A DNA stretch of 52,507 bases, from positions 1 through 52,507 of the IMG/VR virus record IMGVR_UViG_3300028388_005074. One strand, 5' to 3'. The position numbers were made by a program, and so were the translations under genes. Shown here piece by piece: positions 7,686-18,051 of the stretch; the first letter of the stretch is position 1, and each line of letters starts with the position of its first letter. The notes under the pieces were generated by a model. The model was not told where the DNA came from and did not search any database. It was given only the letters and a program-made list of their open reading frames with translations. The stretch comes from a virus (Duplodnaviria > Caudoviricetes).

Positions 7686-8627
7686 ATGAAGATACAACAA
7701 GGAACCGAACAAGGTCCTCGACTTAGATTTCCACTAACATCAGAGTATCCCGGTGTAATAGAATTCCGTCGTGTTAAAGTAATTCCACCAGAACTTGCGT
7801 GGGAAACAGTCGTTGACGTTGCGTCGACAATTGCAACCACGGTTGCTGATGAAGATGATAACTCACAAACAATTGACGGCGAATCGTACACAGTCAGTCA
7901 GAAAAAAACGGGGTATTTTTATAACCCATCAGCCAATGTCAGATTATATTTGCCTCAGGCCTTACAACTTGCTGATAACATTGGGTATGACAATACTGTT
8001 GAACTTGGCATAGTTGGTGGAATGGCGAACAGAGTGTTATCAGAAACGGGCAACTTAAGCAGCACTGCAAAGGCAATAGTTACATCTGCACAGCAAGGAC
8101 TGTCTTCTGTTACAGATCTAATCGGCAAGATTAGTTCTCCAGACGCCGCCCGAGTTGCGCTCGCGCGCGCGCCGCTGCCTCAGCCGATTGGTAACGCAGC
8201 AATTAATGCAGCACGTATTGCGTTGAATCCAAACCGCAAGACATTATTTAGAGATGTCCGCCCTAGAGAATTTTCATTTCAATATAAGTTGATTGCAAGT
8301 TCCCCAGCTGAAGCAAGAGCAATAAGTGGAATTGTTAATTTCTTTAGAACTGAAATGTATCCTGTCCCAACCCAAGCTCTCGAGAATCAACCCGAACAAC
8401 TCAAACTTGCTTACGATTATCCAAATATGTTTGACATTCGAATGTCTTATAATGGCAAACAAGTAGGATATAAAATGTTACCATGCTATCTCGTTTCGTT
8501 TAATGCAACATATAACCCCTCAAACATGGGGTATCATGTCGATGGCCATCCATCCGAAATGGATGTTACAATGACGTTCTTTGAAGAGCGGCCGATTGAT
8601 AGATCTGACGTTGAAAGAGGTTATTAA
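7686..8627 (+). CDS. gp48: Baseplate tail tube cap gp48
   Basis: LRFPL, VRLYLP, NPNRKTLFRDVRPREFSFQYKL, EA..I..IVNFFRTEMYP, P.EMDVTMTFFE. Confidence 0.88.
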   Translation: MKIQQGTEQGPRLRFPLTSEYPGVIEFRRVKVIPPELAWETVVDVASTIATTVADEDDNSQTIDGESYTVSQKKTGYFYNPSANVRLYLPQALQLADNIGYDNTVELGIVGGMANRVLSETGNLSSTAKAIVTSAQQGLSSVTDLIGKISSPDAARVALARAPLPQPIGNAAINAARIALNPNRKTLFRDVRPREFSFQYKLIASSPAEARAISGIVNFFRTEMYPVPTQALENQPEQLKLAYDYPNMFDIRMSYNGKQVGYKMLPCYLVSFNATYNPSNMGYHVDGHPSEMDVTMTFFEERPIDRSDVERGY

Positions 8628-9355
8628 TGAGTTACTTTAAGTATTTTCCTCGCGTATCCGATTATCAATTTGGTAATGAAAAAAGCAAAACAGCTTTTCA
8701 AAACTTATCAGTGTATGTTGATATCATTGACCAAATAAAAGATAATATTAGTTTTTACAGAAAGTACACTATTATAGATGGTGAAAGACCAGACCACGTT
8801 TCAACAAAATTGTACGGCGACCCCAAATATTATTGGACTTTCTTTTTGCTAAATGATCATCTTCGAGAATCAGGATGGCCGCTTCCAAATAGATTGCTTA
8901 CAGAGGAAATAGCCCGGCGATATCCAAACACGACTATTACTACTAGAGAACTATTTGCAGATAAATTTAAAGTGGGGCAGACAATTAGTGGAGTGACGTC
9001 AGGAGCGACTGGAACTATAATCCGCCGCCGGCTTGATTTTGGTCAGATTATCGTAACCGCGGTTCCTGACAGCTTTGTTGATAGCGAAATTATTCAGAGT
9101 GAAGTTGGAACAACTGTTGAAACGTTGTCGACATTTTCAGCTGAGCGTGAATACAATTCTATAGACCACTGGGAAGATGTCGATGGCAATTGGATAGATG
9201 TTGATCCAACAATAGGGACATCATCAATATATACACCAATTACAAAATATGATAAGTTGGTCGAATCAAATGAAAATCTTAGAGAGATAAAAGTATTAAA
9301 ACCAACGGCTCTGAGTACAATATACTCAACTTTTATTCAATCGCTAGGAACGTAG
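8627..9355 (+). CDS. gp53: Baseplate wedge protein gp53
   Basis: MSYFKYFP, IIDGERPDHVSTKLYGDPKYYWTFFLLN (LysM-like), NE..REIKVLKP. Confidence 0.93.
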   Translation: MSYFKYFPRVSDYQFGNEKSKTAFQNLSVYVDIIDQIKDNISFYRKYTIIDGERPDHVSTKLYGDPKYYWTFFLLNDHLRESGWPLPNRLLTEEIARRYPNTTITTRELFADKFKVGQTISGVTSGATGTIIRRRLDFGQIIVTAVPDSFVDSEIIQSEVGTTVETLSTFSAEREYNSIDHWEDVDGNWIDVDPTIGTSSIYTPITKYDKLVESNENLREIKVLKPTALSTIYSTFIQSLGT

Positions 9356-9356
9356 T

Positions 9357-10859
9357 ATGGATCAAAAACGCAGCGCCGCTTCTGCATATGATTTTGTACT
9401 AGAAGTTGCCGACCTTGAAACACCCAAAATTCCAAATAGAGTGTTTGATATTCGTAATATTATTATGGATATAGACATTTACGAATCTATTGACAATCCA
9501 TTTTTAACAGCTGTGGTTGGTATTAATGACGATAATGCAATATATTCTAAAATTAATTTCTCAGGCGTCGAGAAATTAACACTTGGAGTGCGTTTGCCTG
9601 AAGATCAATATAGAACAATCAAAAAGGTGTTCTATATTGATAAAGTTATAAAAAATATTCGAGCAAACGATCAACAATCGTATATTATGCTTCATTTAAT
9701 TGAGGATATCGGATATCTATCTGACTTTATAAACGTTAATAAAACGTTTAAGGGCAAAGGGAAGCAAATAATAGTTGATATTTTTAAAAATTATTTTGAT
9801 AGAGATATTGTAACTGATACGACATTGATAGGCCAAGACGCGCAACAACAAATGAAAATAATTGCGCCGAACATAACGCCATTGCAACTAGCGGACTGGG
9901 TTAAAGATAGAATTACAGGTCAGTACGGTGAACCGTATTATTTGTATTCAACCTTTCCATCTCAAAGCATTTATTTGCAGCCATTTAATGAAATGGTTGA
10001 TAAAAATCCAAAAATAACTCAGCCGTTTCGTTATTCGCAAGCGTTTACTAACACTAATGAAATGTCTATAAACGACCAGTTGTTTATTATAGACACACAT
10101 CATGATAATAATACATCTGATTTTATATCATTAAATAAAGAAGGATTTGTAAACACTAAATTTCTTTTTCATGATGTTAACCACAACTACACGTTTGGAC
10201 CGGGAAATGTTGATAAGACAGAGAATAATGGTTTTGTCTCGTCAGATGGGCTGGGAAAACGATGGACAGCATACGGACTTTTTGCAAACAGACAATTAAA
10301 TACTCCAGCTGGCCCAAAATCAACTGGAACAATGTTTCAAACACTACAAAACAACTATCCATCAGAAGCTACGCTTCCTTGGCGACTGCCTGACTTAAGT
10401 AAAAGCGAACAGACCGATGTTGGAGAAGAAGAGCTAGTGCATAATCGACCCGAAAGTCGCATTGTTACTCAATCATATGCTTCTTACGTGTATGACACGT
10501 GTGTCTCTACAGAGGGTTGTTATGCATATACCGAAGGTCGAAACGATCGCGATCATATGCTCAAAATTGACAGCAAAGCATTTCGTTCGTGGCTGACTAA
10601 TGAATCACTAACTTTTTCTGTTGCAGGTAGACTGTTCATTTCCGCCGACCAAAAAGTGCAAACGACAGTCGGAGCGAAAGCAAATTTACAGTTTACTACT
10701 AGTATTGGTGATAAATTATACGAAGACGCAAAAAGATCTGGTGAATACCTTTTATATGCAGCGAGACACTCCATGACTCGTGATGGAGGATATCGAGTTT
10801 ATTTTACAGCAGTTAAGTTAAACTATTCTGGCATTGGGACAAAAGAAGCTTTAAATTAA
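9357..10859 (+). CDS. Putative baseplate hub protein (gp27-like)
   Basis: IDIYESIDNPFLTA...GVEKL near the N-terminus and D.KRSGEYL.YAARH near the C-terminus. Sits between gp53 and gp5. Confidence 0.65.
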   Translation: MDQKRSAASAYDFVLEVADLETPKIPNRVFDIRNIIMDIDIYESIDNPFLTAVVGINDDNAIYSKINFSGVEKLTLGVRLPEDQYRTIKKVFYIDKVIKNIRANDQQSYIMLHLIEDIGYLSDFINVNKTFKGKGKQIIVDIFKNYFDRDIVTDTTLIGQDAQQQMKIIAPNITPLQLADWVKDRITGQYGEPYYLYSTFPSQSIYLQPFNEMVDKNPKITQPFRYSQAFTNTNEMSINDQLFIIDTHHDNNTSDFISLNKEGFVNTKFLFHDVNHNYTFGPGNVDKTENNGFVSSDGLGKRWTAYGLFANRQLNTPAGPKSTGTMFQTLQNNYPSEATLPWRLPDLSKSEQTDVGEEELVHNRPESRIVTQSYASYVYDTCVSTEGCYAYTEGRNDRDHMLKIDSKAFRSWLTNESLTFSVAGRLFISADQKVQTTVGAKANLQFTTSIGDKLYEDAKRSGEYLLYAARHSMTRDGGYRVYFTAVKLNYSGIGTKEALN

Positions 10860-10871
10860 TATGAGGAATTG

Positions 10872-11870
10872 ATGTCAAAAACTATTACGACAGATTTTTA
10901 TGGCGACATTACCAGATGGTTTATTGCTGAAGTTGTTGACAACGCAAACGACCCATTTAAACCGCCGCTAGGCCGTGTACGGATCCGCATTATTGGGCTT
11001 CACAACGCTGCCGTTGACGCCGGCGATTTGCCGTGGGCATCCGTTATGCTTCCGACAACCGAGGGTGGTGTTATGTCTGGGTTCCCGCCAAACCTCGAAA
11101 ACGGCGCGCAGGTATTTGGCATTTTTTTGGATGGTATTAACTCTCAAATGCCGTTGGTATTAGGATCAATTCCTCATAAAGTTGTTGATGGTTTTATAGA
11201 AGCGCAGACAACAGGGCAGGGCTATTCCGGAAACAATTCTCAACAGAGTACAAGAACCGGCGCGCAATTTTCAACCAACCCGGGTGATTATGGCGGGGCA
11301 TTGGAACCGATTCCTACCTCATCTGCAGCTGCAGAACAATGCTATAATTATTTTACGAGTTTAGGCCCAGAATGGACAGATGCTGTCGCTAAAGGAATTA
11401 TTGGCAATATAATTGTAGAATCAGGTAATTTTGATGAACGCATAGTTAGCTTGTCAAGTGGCGGTGACCTTGACGGTAATAGCTATGGAATTTGTCAGTG
11501 GAGAGCCAGCCGAGTGACTGGGCCGGACGGATTATTATCTTTTGCAAAAAGAAATGGAATACAACCTGGCAATTTAAGCACCCAGCTGCAGTTTATTAAG
11601 TACGAGCTCGATACCTTTGCTTATCTTGGAAAGGCAGGGCTATTTAAGTGCACAACACCAGCACAAGCAGCTGTTCAATTTATGAGAAAATTTGAGATCC
11701 CAGCTGAGCTACCGGATAGTAAAGGAGGAGGCACGAGCCGTTTTCCCGAGCCGCCATATTCAGCCAGCAGCGTATATCCTAGAAAAAAATACGGTGAAGA
11801 AGAAAGAATTGCTTACGCTGAAGGATTGCCTTACAGCGGAACATATTACAACTTGAGTGACCAATCATGA
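10872..11870 (+). CDS. gp5: gp5 N-terminal OB-fold fused to a phage tail lysozyme (Phage_lysozyme2-like) domain
   Basis: WFIAEV...DP...LGRVRIRIIGLH...DLPWA...GAQVFGIFLDG..SQMPLVLGS (gp5 OB), then GIIGNIIVESG...YGICQW...QLQFIKYEL...AA..F.RKFE.P. Confidence 0.85.
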   Translation: MSKTITTDFYGDITRWFIAEVVDNANDPFKPPLGRVRIRIIGLHNAAVDAGDLPWASVMLPTTEGGVMSGFPPNLENGAQVFGIFLDGINSQMPLVLGSIPHKVVDGFIEAQTTGQGYSGNNSQQSTRTGAQFSTNPGDYGGALEPIPTSSAAAEQCYNYFTSLGPEWTDAVAKGIIGNIIVESGNFDERIVSLSSGGDLDGNSYGICQWRASRVTGPDGLLSFAKRNGIQPGNLSTQLQFIKYELDTFAYLGKAGLFKCTTPAQAAVQFMRKFEIPAELPDSKGGGTSRFPEPPYSASSVYPRKKYGEEERIAYAEGLPYSGTYYNLSDQS

Positions 11871-13363
11871 CCGACTTAAGAAACATTAACGCAGAACTTC
11901 AAAACATTGCAGATAGATTTGATTTTAACGCAGTTGCTGAAAAAACATTTGAAGCTCAGCAAAAATTAACAGCGGCGGTATCAACAAATTTGGGGAAAAA
12001 CGTCAACGAAGTTATTAATGGCTTTCAGTCGTTGACACAAGAAATTGACGACACTATTGAAGACGCTCCTGCTGTGATTAACAGGGGAATCGCTATGCTG
12101 GTGGACGACCCCGGTGGTATCGATATTCGCAGTAAATTAACGTCGGCGGCGGGCGATTTGCAGAAGCTAACTGAGACAGCTGTTGGCGGTGGAATGCTAA
12201 AACTTGCGATATCTGCTGCTACACCTGAAGCATTATCAAAAACACTAAATGCGGTTTCGGCAGCTCCACTAAACAAAATTACCGACGCCGTCAAACAAAC
12301 AATGCCAGCAATTCCTAATGTTACAGATAAAATAGGCACCGTATTAAACGAAATTGAACGCGGACTATCTATTACAGAAGACTTAACAAAACAACTTAAT
12401 TCTTTTCAAACCCAACTTTCTGGAGCTTTAAATGAAGGGCTACAAGGAGTTGTTAATAATGTAGTTGAGAAAGTGACTGGCGACTATTTAGAAACAATTA
12501 CCGGAATTACTGCCGGCCAGCTGTTGCCTGACGCTCTTGAAACTCAAGTAAAGGCTTTTGTTCAAAACAAACAACTTTCCGAGGCTGCAACAATTCTTCA
12601 ATCGTTTTCTAATCTATCCACAACAGCAATTACCACAACGTTAGGCGCGATCCCAACGTCGTTATCTCAATTGCTGTCAGCTAATTTGCCACTATTAACT
12701 CAACCAATTAAAACAATTACTACCAACCAACCAACCAATCCAATTGTTGCTAATGAAACATACGTAGGATCTGAGCTAGAAGTTCAAGCTATATTATCGG
12801 CGGCCCAGCGAGATATAACAACCGTGGTCGTTGGATCTACAAAAACGCATGTCGATCAAGACGTAAAGGCAAATGATGCTCCTCAATGGCATTTTTTGAT
12901 TACTCGAAGTGGTGATTTGCAGCCTGTTGTTCCAATAGACCAACTTGGTAGCTATACTGCCAATTGGAACACAAACACTGTTGGAATAGCATTTGCTGGA
13001 GGAACTGGCGTAACTGCTAAAGAAGCCGCCGGCACTGATGTAGAATCTTTAGTAACATCAAGAGACTATACGAGAAAACAATGGAATACATTTGACATTT
13101 TTATGAAAACATTCTTTGCAGTATATCCATATGGGCAAGTTGTTGGCGTAAAAGATGTAGACGAAACAACCGGGTCTCCGGCATTTGATGTTCGCCAATA
13201 TGTAAAGGCGCGTTTTGGCAAAACAACAATTGTTGATGTTAATAACTCACCACCATCAATTGAACAATTGAGGTCTCTGATGGAAATTGTTGCAGCTGGA
13301 TTCTCCGCTATTCCTGATATTGAAGATGAACCTGTTGAAATACGAAGGGCAATCCCACAATGA
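11867..13363 (+). CDS. Baseplate-associated protein with a helical N-region and a C-terminal T7-lysozyme/Amidase_2-like domain (apparently inactive)
   Basis: WHFLITRSG...G....NTNTVGIAFAGG...T.KQW.....F...YP...VVG..DV....SPAFDV. ATGA-coupled to both neighbours. Confidence 0.75.
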   Translation: MTDLRNINAELQNIADRFDFNAVAEKTFEAQQKLTAAVSTNLGKNVNEVINGFQSLTQEIDDTIEDAPAVINRGIAMLVDDPGGIDIRSKLTSAAGDLQKLTETAVGGGMLKLAISAATPEALSKTLNAVSAAPLNKITDAVKQTMPAIPNVTDKIGTVLNEIERGLSITEDLTKQLNSFQTQLSGALNEGLQGVVNNVVEKVTGDYLETITGITAGQLLPDALETQVKAFVQNKQLSEAATILQSFSNLSTTAITTTLGAIPTSLSQLLSANLPLLTQPIKTITTNQPTNPIVANETYVGSELEVQAILSAAQRDITTVVVGSTKTHVDQDVKANDAPQWHFLITRSGDLQPVVPIDQLGSYTANWNTNTVGIAFAGGTGVTAKEAAGTDVESLVTSRDYTRKQWNTFDIFMKTFFAVYPYGQVVGVKDVDETTGSPAFDVRQYVKARFGKTTIVDVNNSPPSIEQLRSLMEIVAAGFSAIPDIEDEPVEIRRAIPQ

Positions 13364-15747
13364 CAGACAATATTGCAAAGACACCACTATCGTTTGGTGA
13401 TGTGACAAGCGAACTGCCAACGGCTATGATTGGTAGTTCGACGCTACACTATTCTGCTTATAACTATCCACTGTCACTCGGAGCTGTTGGTGCACCTGGA
13501 AGCGCTATTCAAGAACAAGATGTTCCAGCTCAATATCCTCACGTCAAGACCAATTTAACTCCAAGCGGTCACGTAATTCAGTACAACGACACACCGGCGG
13601 GCGAGCGAGTGTTAATTAAACACCGCACCGGTGCGGGAGTGGATATGTTGCCTGATGGATCAATTGCTATTTACGCAGCTGGAAAGCACTCATTGACGGT
13701 ACAAAAAGATGCAACAATTGTTATTGCTGGTAGTGCAAAAATACAAATTGATGGAAATTTTGACGTAGATGTTACTGGAGATTATAACATCAACTGCATG
13801 AATCATAATGTTAATATTCGAGGGAATCATTATACAGCTGTAAAAGGATCTCAAAGAACCGTAACCACAGGTAATTATGGCAATACGGTTAAAGGATCGT
13901 CAAGTGTTACCACTCTTGGAACATCAACTACAACAACACTCGGAAACACCAATTTGATTACAAAGGGAACGACGATGATGGCGTCCGAGGGTGACATGCA
14001 GATCGCTGGTGGTGGGGCTACAAAGGTTACTTCAGAAGCAGGAATTGACATTTCTTCCGACAATATGAATATCGCCGCAAACAGTATGACTGTAATCGGA
14101 TCCACAGGAACGATTGGTGGAGCGGGAGTTCACTTGTATGGGTACAACGCACATATTCAAAACACCGTGTATGGAACGTCTATGCAAGCAGAAACATTCC
14201 ATGGTGATTTAGAAGGAACTGCGCGCGATGCACAGGAAGCTGGAGTTGCGGGCGGTCTCGGGCCCGTGACAATTGGATCGCTGACCGCCACTGCAGTTGA
14301 TACAACTGCGACGGCTCTTCCCGATGCGGCATTAATGAAAGAATATCTTGAGGCGTCAGAAAAAGGCATAGTTGAAGTCAACATCGATCCGGGCGGCGAG
14401 ATTGTTAAGATGATTGACCGAACAGAATTTAACGGCGGTCTATCTCGTGATGACCTCCTTACATCTGAGATTCGACAAAAAATGCGTGATCCGGCAAACT
14501 ACAACAACGAGATATTTACTGGCAACCAAGTTGCAGCTGGACAACTAAGTCCATCTTATGCAAACACAGCTCCTCCGTCGATAGGACGAACATCGCCAAA
14601 CCAACCAAACACTTGGCGGTCGCCAAACACAGTTGGTGCGGTTGATCCGGGTTGGATCCGCCCAGGTCCTAAGCCCGCGCGGAAATCATTTTTGCCGGAC
14701 ATTGACCATTATATCAACGGCGAAAAGAAAATTGTCGAGTCAACAGAATTGTTGTCGGGAGTTCCTATTAGCAGGTTCCTCGGTAAAGGAACAACTCTCA
14801 ACCACATTGTAGATCCAACGCAACGTAGACAAATTGCTAGAAACCTACAGCTTCATGCGTGGTATCTAACTATCATAAACAGCGGTCAAGTATTCGATAG
14901 CTCTCTATACACTCTTAAAGTTCAAACAGGGTTGTATAAAGCCGGGCCGCGCGAAACACCAACACCAGAAAGCGTAAACGACCTTGCAACTAGAGGGCAG
15001 GCGGTTGCTTATCAATTAGTTAACAATTCTTCTGGAAAAGTTGAAATTGCTAAAACATATGATTTGGCAATATATTTAAAAGACTTTATTCCTTTTGACA
15101 AGCTAATTATTGATTACGACACATATCAACCAGACGGGAAGATGGATGTCGCTATTATTATTCAGACTCCAGCAATCCCTCCAAACTATACCGGAATTCG
15201 TTATCAAAACTTGATTGAAACGCGGTTTAATGGAAGTGTTCAAAGCTCTACAGATCTAATGGATCTCTATCAACCGCCAGGCAATCAAATTGACACATCA
15301 GGATTTTTAACTGGAACAGGAAGTCTGCCAAGCGACGGGGTTGTTGTTGCTTCCAATCCCAACCCCAATGCGCTGCCGAAGCAAAATATCATCGATGCAA
15401 TTGCAACTGCAGTTCGAGAATTGAGCGCCGCGCGCGGAGCTAGTTTTGCTGCAGTAATTACCCCTGAAGGTGGTAAGGCCGCTCGTAATTCTGGCACAAA
15501 GAATCACCCAGCGGGGGATGCGGCGGATCATTATCTAGTGCAAAACGGAACGCAGCTGCTTCCAAATCAAGCGCCGAGAGTGTATTCTCAATATCTTGAT
15601 ATTCTTAAAAACAATGCCCGCGCGCGCGGAATTACTATTGGCCTGGGAGGATATTCGTGGGGTGTACACTACGACGAATCTGGATGGAGACAGCAAGGGC
15701 AATATGCGGTCGTAACGTGGAATCAAGGTTTTGACGTGACGGCATAG
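13360..15747 (+). CDS. gp5 C-terminal part (beta-helix needle) followed by peptidase M15-like domains
   Basis: YPHVK...SGHVIQYNDTPAGERVLIKHRTG and V/I-x-G-N/D beta-helix repeats. C-terminal HPAGDAAD...GVHYD. Confidence 0.8.
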   Translation: MTDNIAKTPLSFGDVTSELPTAMIGSSTLHYSAYNYPLSLGAVGAPGSAIQEQDVPAQYPHVKTNLTPSGHVIQYNDTPAGERVLIKHRTGAGVDMLPDGSIAIYAAGKHSLTVQKDATIVIAGSAKIQIDGNFDVDVTGDYNINCMNHNVNIRGNHYTAVKGSQRTVTTGNYGNTVKGSSSVTTLGTSTTTTLGNTNLITKGTTMMASEGDMQIAGGGATKVTSEAGIDISSDNMNIAANSMTVIGSTGTIGGAGVHLYGYNAHIQNTVYGTSMQAETFHGDLEGTARDAQEAGVAGGLGPVTIGSLTATAVDTTATALPDAALMKEYLEASEKGIVEVNIDPGGEIVKMIDRTEFNGGLSRDDLLTSEIRQKMRDPANYNNEIFTGNQVAAGQLSPSYANTAPPSIGRTSPNQPNTWRSPNTVGAVDPGWIRPGPKPARKSFLPDIDHYINGEKKIVESTELLSGVPISRFLGKGTTLNHIVDPTQRRQIARNLQLHAWYLTIINSGQVFDSSLYTLKVQTGLYKAGPRETPTPESVNDLATRGQAVAYQLVNNSSGKVEIAKTYDLAIYLKDFIPFDKLIIDYDTYQPDGKMDVAIIIQTPAIPPNYTGIRYQNLIETRFNGSVQSSTDLMDLYQPPGNQIDTSGFLTGTGSLPSDGVVVASNPNPNALPKQNIIDAIATAVRELSAARGASFAAVITPEGGKAARNSGTKNHPAGDAADHYLVQNGTQLLPNQAPRVYSQYLDILKNNARARGITIGLGGYSWGVHYDESGWRQQGQYAVVTWNQGFDVTA

Positions 15748-15755
15748 CATACGCC

Positions 15756-15763
15756 TATAAATA
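15756..15763 (+). promoter_or_regulatory. T4-type late promoter
   Basis: TATAAATA upstream of gp25. Confidence 0.85.
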
Positions 15764-15785
15764 ATATAAAACCAAAGGGTTATAT

Positions 15786-16229
15786 ATGGTTACTAGAGCT
15801 TTTGCAATAGAAGATGGCAATTTAAATCAACGCAGTCTTGTTACTGCGCGCACTCGGTTGTATAAGGATATTGATTTGTTGTTTATCACAAAACCATCTG
15901 GCGATGTTTATAAGAAAACTGATGCGGCGGCTGTTAAGCAATCTGTTAAAACCATTTTAATGACAAACTACGGGGAAAAACCGTTCCGCCCCGATTTCGG
16001 CGCAAATCTTCAGTCTATGTTATTTGAGCTAGCTGATGACGAATTAGCAACGACAATTGACATTGCAGTTCGACAAGCTATTGCTACATACGAACCAAGA
16101 GCTCGTGTGTTAAATGTAGTAGCAAATTCACAACCAGATCGGAATTTAGTTTCTGTGACAACCGAGTTTCAAATTTTAAGCACAGAAGAAGTCGTAGTGG
16201 TGCAAACAACTCTCTCAAGGCTAAGATAA
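15786..16229 (+). CDS. gp25: Baseplate wedge subunit gp25
   Basis: YKDIDL.F, AVKQSVKTILMTNYGEKPFRPDFGANL...LFE, YEPRA. Confidence 0.95.
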   Translation: MVTRAFAIEDGNLNQRSLVTARTRLYKDIDLLFITKPSGDVYKKTDAAAVKQSVKTILMTNYGEKPFRPDFGANLQSMLFELADDELATTIDIAVRQAIATYEPRARVLNVVANSQPDRNLVSVTTEFQILSTEEVVVVQTTLSRLR

Positions 16230-16233
16230 TAAA

Positions 16234-18048
16234 ATGGCTACAAATATTACATCGACCCAGCTTGATTTTCAAACAATCAAAAATAAGCTAAAAACGTATT
16301 TCGCGCAACAACCCGAGTTTGCTGATTATGATTTTGAGGGGGCAGGCCTTTCAAACCTACTTGATGTGTTGGCATATAACACTCATTTTAATGGATTGAT
16401 AGCCAATTTTGCTTTAAATGAAACGTTCTTAACAACAGCTCAATTGAGATCTTCTGTTGTGGCGCATGCAGAAACGCTTGGGTATAACCCTCAATCTAAA
16501 ACTGCTGCCGTTGCATATGTAACCCTACAGTTGGTTAATACCAGCGTTGATCGATCCTCAACCGTAACGTTGCCGGCACATACTCAATTCTCTGGTTCTG
16601 TAGACGGTTTAGCATACAACTTCCAAACACTAGAACCATACACTGCAACAGATAACGGAACAGGAATTTATCAGTTTGTTACTTCCCAGGGATCTACTAG
16701 TATTCCAATCTACGAAGGAACAATCACAACTAAAAATTTCTTAGTTGGCGACACGAGCGATCGCCAAGTATTTGTCATTCCAAATGCTAATATTGACACA
16801 TCAACATTAATTGTCAACGTATATCAATCATCAACGTCATCCACTTTTGCAACTTATACCAACATCAAAAACGCAATTACTGTTAATGCGGAATCTCGCG
16901 TGTATGATATTCACGAGGCGCCGAATGGGTTTTGGGAGATTCATTTCAGTGATGGGTTTACTCTTGGTAATGCGCCGACAGTTGGTAATAAAATTGTAAT
17001 TACATATCTTTCAACAAACGGCGAGCTTGCAAACGGAGCTACAGCGTTTCAACCAGCGACAACTGTTAGCATGGATGGTCAACAGTATGCTCTTACTGCA
17101 TTAACAGTATCACCCTCTGCTGGAGGCACTGATAAAGAAAACATAGAATCGATACGAGCAAACGCACCAATTACTTTTGCGTCTCAACAGCGCTTGGTAA
17201 CACCTCTTGATTACCGGGGACAAATTTTATCGAAATTTTCTTTAGTTGAGGATTGTATTGCTTGGGGTGGGGAAGATAATATTCCTGCTTATTATGGAAA
17301 AGTGTTGGTTAGTCTAAAATTTCAGGACAATGTCGATTCTGATGGAATAGTCAATACCAAATCAAATATAGTAAATAATCTAACCAACCACTTGGCAATG
17401 ATGTCAATTGATACTATGTTTGTTGATCCACAGGTGTTATATGTCGGATGCCAAACACGATTTAATTACGACACGTCTCTTTCAAACACCCCTATTGGTG
17501 TTGTGCAGTCGCAGGTACTAAACACAATAACAGATTATTTTAATACAACATTGGGAGGGTTTGGCTCGACGTTTAGACGATCAAACCTACTAACGAGTAT
17601 TGACGATATTTCTCCTGCAATTCTAAACTCTAGAATGGATGTTGTTTTGCAAAGACGTTTTACTCCAATTTTGGCAAACACGCAATCATATAGCATTGTA
17701 TTTCCTGTTCCACTCTCGACTGCAAACGGAATTGATTATGTTGTAACCAGCAATTCGTTTACTCACGGAGGTCAGCGAGTAACAATTGCTAATGAGTTGG
17801 TAGTTGGCAGTACTAAACTGCAGCTAATTGATCCTGAGTCTAATGTAATAGTAGATAATATAGGATCGTTTAGTCCTGAAACTGGAGTTATTAACTTAAT
17901 TGGGTTTACTCCGACGTCAATTAGTGGGGCGACTGATATTAAAATAAATGCGGTTCCGGCAAACCAATCCACTGTACAACTTTCTCAAAACTTTATATTT
18001 GACTTAGACTTGTCCACGTCATTCGTGATTGGTACGAGAGAGATTTAA
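16234..18048 (+). CDS. gp6: Baseplate wedge subunit gp6
   Basis: LDFQTIK..LK, DYDFEGAGLS.LLDVLAYNTH, NE.FL.TAQLRSSVV.HA..LGY.P, QQRLVT..DY, WGGEDN. Confidence 0.96.
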   Translation: MATNITSTQLDFQTIKNKLKTYFAQQPEFADYDFEGAGLSNLLDVLAYNTHFNGLIANFALNETFLTTAQLRSSVVAHAETLGYNPQSKTAAVAYVTLQLVNTSVDRSSTVTLPAHTQFSGSVDGLAYNFQTLEPYTATDNGTGIYQFVTSQGSTSIPIYEGTITTKNFLVGDTSDRQVFVIPNANIDTSTLIVNVYQSSTSSTFATYTNIKNAITVNAESRVYDIHEAPNGFWEIHFSDGFTLGNAPTVGNKIVITYLSTNGELANGATAFQPATTVSMDGQQYALTALTVSPSAGGTDKENIESIRANAPITFASQQRLVTPLDYRGQILSKFSLVEDCIAWGGEDNIPAYYGKVLVSLKFQDNVDSDGIVNTKSNIVNNLTNHLAMMSIDTMFVDPQVLYVGCQTRFNYDTSLSNTPIGVVQSQVLNTITDYFNTTLGGFGSTFRRSNLLTSIDDISPAILNSRMDVVLQRRFTPILANTQSYSIVFPVPLSTANGIDYVVTSNSFTHGGQRVTIANELVVGSTKLQLIDPESNVIVDNIGSFSPETGVINLIGFTPTSISGATDIKINAVPANQSTVQLSQNFIFDLDLSTSFVIGTREI

Positions 18049-18051
18049 TAA

